64,000 nucleotides of DNA from Felis catus (Eukaryota), in contig NC_058373.1 of the NCBI RefSeq assembly GCF_018350175.1, forward strand, positions 102,302,001 to 102,366,000, given 5' to 3'. The notes under the pieces were generated by a model. That model worked only from the letters and a program-made list of their open reading frames with translations, ran no database searches and was not told where the DNA came from. A program made the position numbers and the translations under genes. Positions 25,771 through 36,139 of the stretch are shown here, piece by piece (position 1 is the stretch's first letter; every line of letters begins with the position of its first letter).

Positions 25771-25833
25771 CTTAATCTGCTCCATTTGGTCTTTGGCCTT
25801 TGACCTTGTAATCCGTACAGAAGATGGAACAGC
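25771..25833 (-). CDS. DLGAP5: DLGAP5 exon 4 (AVPSSVRITRSKAKDQMEQIK)
   Basis: TTTTAAG|GCT acceptor, AAG|GTATAG donor. 63 nt, phase 0-0. Confidence 0.93.
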
Positions 25834-26341
25834 CTTAAAACAGTCAAAGAAAATAAAGTTAAAAAGTGAACCGGCAAAATTTAATTTCATGTCTCTTTAT
25901 GAAACAAAGTTTCCATTTTCAGGTTAAATTTTAACTTTAATCATTTATGGCAAAAAGATACTTGCCAACTTTAATTACTACTTTTTCTGGTTCTGGCTTG
26001 ATTTAAATTACATTTAAGTGAATCGCTTCAAAACTTATATTTCTCAGTGAGCTGAAAGAAGAAATTTCAAGCCATATTTTCCAGGTATTTGAATCCTCAT
26101 TAATATGATTAGTTGGACATATTTAGAAGGGGTAAATGAACAGACTTAAGTATTAGGATTTTTTGTTTGCTGTTTCATGAAAAGATACCACAGAGCTTAC
26201 TCTAATAGCTTTAACAGTTTGTCTTCAAGTCTCATGATTATGCATTTCTCCATTGTCAATAAGAAAAATGAGACCTAATCACAAAATGTGGGAAAAAAAA
26301 AATCTAGCATGAGAAAGACTGACTAAAAAGTGATATTTATC

Positions 26342-26552
26342 GGGGCGCCTGGGTGGCGCAGTCAGTTAAGCGCCCGACTTCAGCCAGGTCACGATCTCGC
26401 GGTCCGTGAGTTCGAGCCCCGCGTCGGGCTCTGGGCTGATGGCTCAGAGCCTGGAGCCTGTTTCTGATTCTGTGTCTCCCTCTCTCTCTGCCCCTCCCCC
26501 GTTCATACTCTCTCTGTCCCCAAAATAAATAAACGTTGAAAAAAAAAAAAAA
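26342..26552 (+). mobile_element. Young felid CAN-SINE
   Basis: Young consensus. TSD aaaaagtgatatttatc. Confidence 0.92.
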
Positions 26553-26779
26553 GTGATATTTATCAACTCTGTAAAATTTCTTAAGAAGCATAATCAGAAT
26601 TCTCCCCTAGATGAGAAGTCATTTTCTTCTGTAATCTCAGTGAAAATCTAGTGCTAAAGAAATTGGGCTTTTCTCTAGATTGCATGGAGAAGAGAATTCA
26701 ACAATGGCTATCTAAATAAAAAAAACAATTATTGGCGAGTCTTATTGTTTAGCACCATGATGGGTCTCCTCTTGTTCCC

Positions 26780-26813
<34 letters not shown>

Positions 26814-26879
26814 TATACACACACATATATATGTATATATATACACACATATATATATGTATATGTACATATATATAAT

Positions 26880-27110
26880 TTTTTAAGTGTTTATTTTAAT
26901 TCTAATAGAGTTAACATACAGTGTTATATTAGTTTCAGGTGTATAATATAGTGATTCAATAATTTGATACAACACCCAGTGATCATCACAAGTGACTCCT
27001 TAATCCCCATCACCTATTTCACCCATCCCCCTCCCCTCTGATAACCATCAGTTTGGTCTCTATAGTTAAGAGTCTGTATCTTGGTTTAGTCTTTTTTTCC
27101 CCCCTATATT
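26880..27110 (-). mobile_element. Carnivore L1 3' terminal fragment
   Basis: GTTAACATACAGTGTTATATTAGTTTCAGGTGTA...CACCCAGTGATCATCACAAGTG. Confidence 0.8.
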
Positions 27111-27901
27111 TGTTTCCCCTACATATATTTTTAACATTTTTAATGGTTGTCTATAGCTTAGACGAATGATTGGTATCCTACATATCTCAAAAAGCCAGCT
27201 TAAATCTAACCCCTTCCAAGGTCTTCTTTGACATTCCTCCAAACATAAATAATTGCTCCCTCCTCTAATATACAGAATATATTTATATCTTTTCAATTTG
27301 AACTCTATTGTATTAACTTTGGTCTCTTCCACCTTATTCTAAGGTCATATACAGATAATAATCATAGATCGGTTAAAAAAAAATTAATGGGATGCACGAA
27401 GCCCAGAAAAATAGGCAATGTCTTGGGCCTTTATATTATTTAATTCTTATCTAAATCAGGAATGAGTATACAGTTTGAGATCTTTTATACCTATCTTTAA
27501 AACAGCAAATCACCAGTGACTATCTAATTTATAAATCCCAGTGCTCCTGTTCAAACTTTATTCTTCTTGACTCATTGACCATTTTCTTTAGATCACACCT
27601 CCTTGAGCTTCTATCCCCCTTCAGTGTTCCAGCTACTCAGACCAGTCCTTCTCAGCCTATCATTGGAAACTGACTTCTGCCCACTTGTTTTTCCTATCTC
27701 AAAAACCTATAGCAACATCAAGAGACCTGACTTTCATCTTCTGAGTTACTATTATGTCATTCCTACCTCATGTCAACTAAATGAATAAAGAGAGTAAGAG
27801 GAAATGGCTATTTTAGTTATAGCCATTATCTGTAAGCTCTTACAGATAATTCCAGTTAAAAGGAACTATTCCTCTATATCAAATTAGGATAGTAAATTTA
27901 C

Positions 27902-28086
27902 CTTTTTTGGCTCTGTACTCTGGTTTGATAACAGAAAACAAGGCATATCGGGTCTATAAAGGCCTACTTTAAATACTCCTCGTTTAGCTTTCTCTCTCTG
28001 CTCTTTCAATTTCTGAAGTTGCTTTTCTTCTTTGTATTTCTGGAGCATTTGCTTTCGTTGATCACCTAGAGCAGTTTTCGTTGACC
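27902..28086 (-). CDS. DLGAP5: DLGAP5 exon 3 (STKTALGDQRKQMLQKYKEEKQLQKLKEQREKAKRGVFKVG...EPKK)
   Basis: TCTAG|GG acceptor, AAG|GTAAAT donor. 185 nt, in frame with exon 2. Confidence 0.95.
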
Positions 28087-28341
28087 CTAGACAGAAGAAA
28101 CCCACAGTATATAAAACATTTCAGATGAAAAGGTAGGCAAATGTCTGACTTCTAACTTCAACTTTGTTAAGAAATGCTTTTAGTAACTTTTGTTCATTTC
28201 TTAGAACTCTAACCACAAGTTATTTCAACCTCTATTCTTTTAAAAATTCCTATTTCTTTTGCTTTTGCTTGTTCAAATATCTATTAACTGCTTGCTACAT
28301 ATTGGGTGTTTATTACTTCACTTTTGAATTAATGAACTCAT

Positions 28342-28840
28342 TTGATAGCCAACCTCCAAGCTAACCCCAAGGATTCTCACCTTCTGATAATGATGTCCAT
28401 GTGTCCTATTCCTTTCCACACTGAATAGGGCTGACTTGGATAACCAACAAAGTACAGTGAAATGATGGAGTGTGACTCCCAAGACTAGGTCACTAATGAC
28501 ACTACTGTTTGCCTTGCTTTATCTTGGATCACTTGCTCTGGAGGAAGCCAGCGGCCTTGCGGAATCTTAAAGAGACTCGAGTAGCCCTATGGAGGTGTCT
28601 GCATGACAAAGTTCTAAGGCCTCCTGCCAAAAGCCAGCATCAACTTGCCAGTCATGTGGGTGAGTTATCTGGGGAACAGATCCTTCTAGTCTCAGTCAAG
28701 CATGTAGATACATCCTCAGATGACATCTTGACTGCAACCTCCAGAACCACCTGCTTAAGCTGCACCCAAATTCCTGAACCACAAATATTGTGTGAAATAA
28801 TAAATGTTTATTGTTTTAAGCCACCAAGTGTTGGGTTAAC
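28342..28840 (+). mobile_element. MaLR (MLT1-type) solo LTR
   Basis: CTTGCTCTGGAGGAAGCCAGC, GACATCTTGACTGCAACCT and ATAATAAATGTTTATTGTTTTAAGCCAC motifs. Confidence 0.8.
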
Positions 28841-29819
28841 TCAGATCCCAATATTAGGGCTACCTGTCAGTTTCTTTAGTTCAACTTGGGTTTCCACCTA
28901 CATACTCTGTTTGTTTTAACTGGTTTGGGAAATATAAGGGGCTATGTGCAAGACAGTCTTAGGCAGAGAATTTCTGCCCTTGAGAAGCTCATAGTATATT
29001 GGAGAAATAAACAGTTTCAGTCTGGTTTAGCATGAAATAAATAAGAGACTGCACACAATAGAGAATTAGTATAAACCTCCCCCCCTGGGGAGATCAGGAA
29101 AGGTTCCTGAGAAAAGAGAATACCTGAAAAAGGTTCTGAAGAATGAGCATATGTTTGTCCGCTGGGTAAGGGCTAAAAGTAACTCAGAAAGGGGCTCAGT
29201 CGGTTGGGTGTCTAACAGTCTTGTGAGTTTGAGCCCCGCATTGGGCTCTGTGCTGACAGCTCAGAGCCTGGAGCCTGCTTTGGATTCTGTGCCTCCCTAT
29301 TTCTCTGCCCCACCCCTGCTTGTGCTCTTGTCTGTCTCTCAAAAATGAATAAATGTTAGGGGCGCCGGGGTGGCTCAGTCTGTTGAGCGTCTGACTACGG
29401 CTCAGGTCATGATCTCACGGTCTGTGGGTTCGAGCCCCGCGTCGGGCTCTGTGCTGTCAGCATGGAGCCTGGAGCTTGCTTCGGATTCTGTGTCTCCCTC
29501 TCTCTCTGTCCCTCCCCAGCTCATGCTCTGTCTCTCTCTGTGTCAAAAATAAATAAACATTAAAACAGAAAATTAAAAAAAAAAATGAATGTTAAAAAAA
29601 TTTTTTTTTAATGATTCAGGTGGATAACTGCACAGCTAAGCAAATTTACTAAAAAAAAAAAGAAGCATTTTAAATGGGTATTTAAATGTATTTAAAATGG
29701 GTAGGTTTTTTTATGCTATGTAAATTATACCTCAATAAAGTTGTTCAAAATAATAGTAAGAAGAAGAAGCCACCAGAGGACAGAATATGCAAAAGCACAC
29801 ATGATGAAATGGTTAGTCA

Positions 29820-32130
29820 ACAAAACCTCTGTATTCTCAACTTCTTCTCTAAAAGTTTCTTTCATCTCTTGATCAAACTGAAACCTGGCTCCCCACTGAA
29901 GACATCTTCCCCAGTTGTCCTTTCACGTGGTTGACTTTTTTCTCTCACCCTGGTGGTATCACTGAGGTGTCCTCATTGTTGCTTCCCAATGATTTCCTCC
30001 TCCTCACCAAAAGATCCCACCTTTACATTTCATGTCATCAGATCATACTATCCGGTATCCCAGTTTGTCATCTATAGGCCCTCCAGGCTTCCTCTCATTC
30101 ATTAAAGGCTCTAGCTCCTAGCTCACTGTCACTGTCTCCATCACTATCCCTGTACAAATCTTGATGACGTCTCCAGTAGCCTGGCTTCTCAATTCTTAGG
30201 CTTGCTTTTCTCCAGTGATCGCCCGATGGTCACATCCATACAGGTATTTCAACCTTTCTCATGTCATGACACACATAACAAGTAACATTTACACACCACA
30301 CTGGAGCAAACAAAGAAACTGCTTATGACCAAACACAACCAGCCTAAGAAAGGGTCTGACCAACCCAGGGCCTTCCAGAAACATCAATATTTTGTCACTC
30401 CTGTATTTATTCGTGTGACAATTGGCACCCTACTTCTTATGCCATTGTCTTATTGAAAAAAGCTAGTCAGCTGTCCTACAGAATGTCCTGCACTGTGTAT
30501 TTGTTTGCTTTCTCATGTTTTTTTACGCATTCCTCTAGCCTTCGTGTTTTCTATAAACTGGAAATTAAATATAAGGTGTTTGTTGTTGTTGTTTTATAGT
30601 TTATTTATTTAGAGAGAGAGAGAGTGAAGGAAGGGCAGAGAGAGAGGAAGAGAGAGAGAATCCCAAGCAGGCTCCACATCATCAGCACAGAGCCCAATGT
30701 GGGGCTCGGGCCCACAAACCACAGGATCATGACCTGAGCTGAAATTAAGAGTCAGACACTTAATGGGGCGCCTGGGTGGCGCAGTCGGTTAAGCGTCCAA
30801 CTTCAGCCAGGTCACGATCTCGCGGTCCATGAGTTCGAGCCCCGCGTCAGGCTCTGGGCTGATGGCTCAGAGCCTGGAGCCTGTTTCCGATTCTGTGTCT
30901 CCCTGTCTCTCTGCCCTTCCCCGTTCATGTTCTGTCTCTCTCTGTCCCAAAAATAAATAAACGTTGAAAAAAAAAAATTAAAAAAAAAAAAAAAAGAGTC
31001 AGACACTTAACCAACTGAGTCACCCAGGCAACGCCTCTAAGGTTTTGATTAGATTCAAGTTAAACTTTTAGGGCAAGAATATGTCCTGAATGGTGCCGCC
31101 CTTCTCTGAACCCACTCCAATCTGGCTTTCACTTCATCAAAACTCCCCATCAAGATTAGTGACCTCTCATAATAGCAAAGTTCGAAATCTCATGGCTACT
31201 AATGTTTGACCTAACAAGCAGCACTGACATAGTCTCTCCTCCTTGATGTGCTCGTTTCACTTGGTTTCCAGAATACTACACTCTTCTTGTTGTCCTCCTG
31301 CTCTACTTTGCATTGCTCTCCAGTTCTGTGCCAGTTTCCCCTTGTGTCCTCACCCTCTAAATGTTGGAGTGCTGACCCCTCTTCTCTCCTTTTTCCATAC
31401 CCAGACTCTGGATAATCACATCCAGTCTAACGTCTCCCAACACGGAATATCAGTTGACAATTCCTGAATTTATATCTCAGTGCAGACTTCTCCCCTGAAT
31501 TCATCTTATATGCAACTACCTTTTCATCATGTCCACTTACATGTCTAATAACTTTCTCCAATTGGACATGTCCCAAACTGAACTCTTAACCTTATCATTC
31601 CCCCCACCCTAAAACTATTCCTCCCTCGGTCTTTTACAATTTAGTAAATGGCCACTCCATACTTTCAGGTGCTCAAGCCAAAAACCTTGGAATCAATCTT
31701 TATCAACCCTACATCCAATCCATTAGAAAATTCTATTGGTTCAACTTTCTAAGTCTATCCAGAATGCAACCACCAATCTATAATGCTACCACTTTGATCA
31801 GGCATCACCTCTCAACTAAATTATTGCAATGGTGTCCTACTTCGTTTTCCTGAGGCTATACTTGCCAGCCAACAATCTATTATCGACACAGCAGCCAAAG
31901 CGATGCTTTTGAAACATAAATCAGATTTATAGAAACACTCATTAAGCCATTAATGGCTTCTCATTTCACCCAGAGTAAAAGCCAAAGTCCCTATGGTGTC
32001 CCCTCAGGGCTCCACAGGGATGGGAGTTACCCCTTATTCATTCTTCTCTAGCCATGCTAGCATACTTGCTTTCTCTGCAACACACTCACTCACTGCTAAC
32101 TCTAGGCCTTTGCAGATGGAAAATAAACCA
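29820..32130 (+). mobile_element. Decayed L2 fragments
   Basis: Pyrimidine-rich L2 motifs such as CTCAAGCCAAAAACCTTGGAATCA and CCAATCTGGCTTTC. Confidence 0.65.
30590..31030 (-). mobile_element. Older CAN-SINE (-) interrupted by a young CAN-SINE (+, ~30765-30995)
   Basis: The inner element is flanked by TSD aagagtcagacacttaa, which splits the outer SINE head. Confidence 0.9.
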
Positions 32131-32134
32131 AAGA

Positions 32135-32362
32135 CATTTTTTTTTAAATTTTTTTTTTTCAACGTGTATTTATTTTTGGGACAGAGAGGGACAGAGCATG
32201 AACGGGGGAGGGGCAGAGAGAGAGGGAGACACAGAATCGGAAACAGGCTCCAGGTTTTGAGCCATCAGCCCAGAGCCTGACGCGGGGCTCAAACTCACGG
32301 ACCGCGAGATCGTGACCTGGCTGAAGTCGGACGCTTAACCGACTGCGCCACCCAGGTGCCCC
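32135..32362 (-). mobile_element. Young felid CAN-SINE
   Basis: Young consensus. TSD aaccaaagacatttt. Confidence 0.92.
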
Positions 32363-33712
32363 AACCAAAGACATTTTAATAGCATTCTGACAGGGTTAGA
32401 CTTTGATTTGAGATCTGAGCAAGGAATGGAGCATATGAGGGAGCGAGAGTAGAGGCAAGGAGATGACTCAGGAGGCATAACATCACTGCTTGTCAGACCA
32501 AAAAACGTCTAGTTCCTCCTTAAAAAGCCATCTTCTATCATTCTATGACCCAGTTTTCATTTCCTTCCAACTCCTAAGAGATGTTGTTCTTTATTTTCTC
32601 CCCTTCAACTACCAGCCCATTTCCTCAGATCAGTTCTTCTCAAAAATAAAAACAAAACCCTATAACACTTTTGTCCAACTCTTTTCTCTTACTTGCCTTT
32701 GGAATCACAAAAATGATAAATCCAGAAAAAACCTTTTAGCCCAACCCTCTCTTTTGCAGAATCAATTAAGCTCAAATATGTAGAGTATCTTATAAGTGCC
32801 ACATATTACACTGCTCCTGGAAAATCTTTAAATGAAGCAGTGTGAACAGTTAAACAACTTGGCATCTCATTTCCTTCTCTACAAAACTTCTCAAAAGACT
32901 TTATGTCTTTCTGTCATTTCTTCAGCATTTATCCCTGCTTTACTTCACTGTCATTCGGCTTCTGGGGCCTGCTATATAAATGCAACTAAATACGAGTCCA
33001 GTGACTCCTTGCCTAAGACACTCTATTTTTATTATTTTTATCTTTTGTTGAGATCACTCCTTTCTTCTTTAATTGGTTTTTTCCTTCCTAGTGACCCCAA
33101 GCCCTTTTGGCAAACTGCAAGGGCAAATTCTTTGCTCTTCTGAGAAATGTTCCCATTGGTAAAGTATCCTTATTTCATGGATTCTTTAATCACTTCTTTA
33201 AGTTTATTTATTTATTTTGAGAGTGTGTGTGCATGTGAGCAGGGGAGGGGCAGAGAGAGAGGGAGAGAGAATCCTGAGCAGGCTCCGCGGGGCTTGAACT
33301 CACAAACTGTTGAGATCATGACCTGAGCCAAAATCAAGAGTCTGACGCATAACCGACTGAACTACCCAGGAGCCCCAGTTCTATTTTTAATGTCCCATAT
33401 CAATTTATCTTGTCAATAGTTACCTTACCAAGCTCCAAAAGTAAGAATTAAAAAAAAAAAAAAAAAAAAAGTAAGAATTTTAGGATTCCTATAAGGCAAT
33501 ATAATACAGTATTATAATACTCCATAGGTGAATGGTTTTAGCCTAGCCAGGGGCATTCACAGCCTTTACCTTAAACAGACAGTATTACCAAATTACTTAG
33601 AATGGTGTTTCAAAACTCCATTGCTGTGGTCAGCATTTTTTTAACCTCAGGTATTAAACCAAATTTTTTTCACTCTTCAAAGCATTTAAAGTTACAATAG
33701 ACCTTTACTTAC

Positions 33713-33950
33713 TTGGCTTGACACTGGCCTTTTCTGGAACAAGATTTTGACATGTCTCATCTAATTCAAGAAGAACTCTACTTTCCAAGGTTGGAATGTT
33801 GACATCTTTCAAACCAAAGTGTCTATTTCGTTCATATTCCTTATGTCTGTTTTCTTTTTGAGACAGTGATTTCCTATGAGCAATTTTAGTTCTAATCATG
33901 TCGATACTTAAATCCTTTCTGTGTCGACTGGCAAAATGTGATGAAGACAT
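33713..33950 (-). CDS. DLGAP5: DLGAP5 exon 2 coding part (start codon; MSSSHFASRHRKDLSIDMIRTKIAHRKSLSQKENRHKEYERNRHFGLKDV...)
   Basis: Acceptor TTTGATAG|G-ATG, donor CCAA|GTAAGT. 238 nt. Translation matches the recalled HURP N-terminus. Confidence 0.96.
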
Positions 33951-35045
33951 CCTATCAAAGAGAGAGAACAACTTCCATGGATTTTCACTTTAGTATTTTA
34001 AAAAATTAAGATTTCAGTTCACCCCCTGTCCTGCCCCAGAGCCTTTGAAAATAAAAATAAGATACAAAATGGAATAAGTATGTGGCATTGAAGAGAGGGA
34101 AGGAGGTTGTCGAAAGATAAAAAACATCAACTTATTTTGGAGTTCTAAATAGGAACTTGCTTGACAGATGAAGTGAGGCCCAGGAAGCTACAGTCCAGTA
34201 TATAAACCAGAGGCATTAGGAAGTTCAAAGAGTTATAAGCACACTACACTCTTCAACAAGATTAACTAAGAGAGTCTGCTGGAAAACTCCAGTTAAAGGG
34301 AAAATCTGCATGAGAAATGCACCAATTAAAATGTTAATGCATTTAAAGCAATCAACAGAGTTTAAAAATGAGAATGCATCTGACCTGGGTGCCAATAAGA
34401 TTCCTCTTTAAGGGCCCAGGGGAAGTGATAAAGGACTGTGCTTTTCTTCCTAAGTAAACCCTAAACCCACAGTGGGGCTTGAACTCCTGATCCCAAGATC
34501 AAGAGTTGCAGGCTCTACCAACTGAGCCAGCCAGGCAACCCAGGATTGTGTTTTTCATCATAAATCCTCCTTGGAGTGCCAGACTGGCTCAGTCGGTGGA
34601 TCCCGTGCCTCTTAATCTCGGGGTTGTGAGTTCGAGTCCCACACTAGGTGTAGAGATTACTTTAAAATAAAACTAAAAACAAAAAACAAAACAAAACAAA
34701 ACAAAACAACAACAACAAAAAACAAACCCTCCTCTACTATTTGATTTGCCCTCTCCTGCCACGTATTAGCTATTTTAAAATACAGCATAGCACTATACAC
34801 AGCAGAGAGAGAAAAGTAGGGGGGAGAGGGGAAAAGAACACTAAAGGCATATTTAATAATTACCTAAATCCTAAAAGGTAGTATTATCGTCAATATACAG
34901 ATGAGGTAAATTAACTGCCGCGTCAACTGGAGCTGGCATCCCAGGTCAGGCAGCCTGGTTTCTCATACGTCTAAGCGCTGTTCTTTGACTTACTGGAGTT
35001 TCTTTCAGCTTGAAAGTCTAGAAATGCCTTAGTCTTGCTTGCCTA

Positions 35046-35192
35046 CAGGTTCTCAACCGGGTTTTTTTTCGGTTGTCACGGGATCTGAGAAGCGCTACTG
35101 GAATTTAAAGTCGGGGCCAACAATACTCAGCAATACCTACTAAGTACTGTCCCGCCCCAAAGGCTAATTACGCTCCGGTGGTGAAACGCTGG
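35046..35192 (+). mobile_element. Degenerate MER20-like MITE in intron 1 near the promoter
   Basis: GGTTCTCAACCGGG...GCGCTACTGG...GGTGGTGAAACGCTG. Confidence 0.5.
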
Positions 35193-35388
35193 CTACTACA
35201 CAGGTCAAGGCAACAAATATTTACTCTCTTGGAGGCCTGCGTCATCAGCTACGGGAAGGATGTGTAATACGGTGCTAGAGGAGACTCCCCTGAGCTGTGT
35301 CCAGTCCACAGCCGCGGTCCCCCCACCCTTCCAGGCCTACAACGAAGCAGGCCAGCGCCCTCCCTCCAACTCCCCAGCACCCTCCTAC

Positions 35389-35500
35389 CTGAGGCAGGTT
35401 CTGGCGTAAAACCTCAATCGAACTAAAAGTAAAGGAACCCTCCGGATCTGAAAGACCACTGCCGCCTCCGAAGCAGGAACGCCTACCACCCAGACCTCCG
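35389..35500 (-). other. DLGAP5: DLGAP5 exon 1 (non-coding 5' UTR); 5' boundary/TSS approximate
   Basis: CpG-rich segment ending in donor CTGCCTCAG|GTAGGA (exon ends 35389). Splicing to the acceptor at 33951 gives ...CCTCAG-G-ATG. Lies immediately downstream of the CCAAT/CHR cluster. Confidence 0.75.
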
Positions 35501-35700
35501 CAAAATTCAAACATCCCGCAGAAAGCTTCTGATTGGAGGGGTTTTAACCAACACTTCCGGAGAAGTGCCCGCCCCTTCCCCTCGATGAGGCTTGCGATTG
35601 GTTCGCTCCTTGCGACATTTGAATTGATTGAAAGGTGATCTGATGGTTCAAAGAATGGGTGTGAGGCGAGTCAATGGGCGGGTCTGCAATTGGTGAGGAG
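35490..35700 (-). promoter_or_regulatory. DLGAP5: TATA-less G2/M-type promoter: CCAAT boxes, CDE/CHR, ETS site and GC box
   Basis: Minus-strand CCAAT at 35532-35536, 35597-35601 and 35689-35693. TTTGAA (CHR) at 35506-35511(-), preceded by TGCGG-N4 (CDE-like). More TTTGAA at 35618-35623(+) and 35647-35652(-). ACTTCCGG at 35553-35560 and CCCGCCCC at 35568-35575. Local CpG enrichment ~35.2-35.85 kb. Confidence 0.8.
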
Positions 35701-36139
35701 AGGAGTAATCCGGACGCTGGGACTGGGCCCCGCGGCGCGAGTAACCAGCGGAGGTGGTGACCCTGCGCCGGACAGGTCCACGTTGCTCCCAGGGTCCTCG
35801 GGCATCCAAGGAAGGACAGTGGCACTCGGAGGAGAAGGGGCTTAGAGTTTGCAGGGCTTTTTAATGTCCCTATTTAGTCACAAAAATCCAGCAGAGTTTA
35901 TTGGAATGTTTTCCTCAACGTTTCGAAGGAAGGACTTAACACAACAAATTTCTGCTAACGTTGTTTAGTGTCTTTTCAAGGTTGCCAGTCTTTTTTATAC
36001 CCCCCCCTTTTTTTTGAAGTGAGATTTAAATACAGTGGAAAACGTAGTTTTTTAAGTGTAGCCTGGATGAGTTCTGCTAAATATAAACAGCTGTGTAAAC
36101 ACCACCCAAGCGTTCTTTCAAAAGCCAGATTCAAATCTC

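Noticed and set aside
28509..28919. 136-aa plus-strand ORF
   Set aside because: It lies within a MaLR LTR, antisense in a DLGAP5 intron.
34573..34655. tRNA-like sequences with A/B boxes (also ~41143, 41677, 42780)
   Set aside because: Short CAN-SINE variants with A-rich tails, not tRNA genes.
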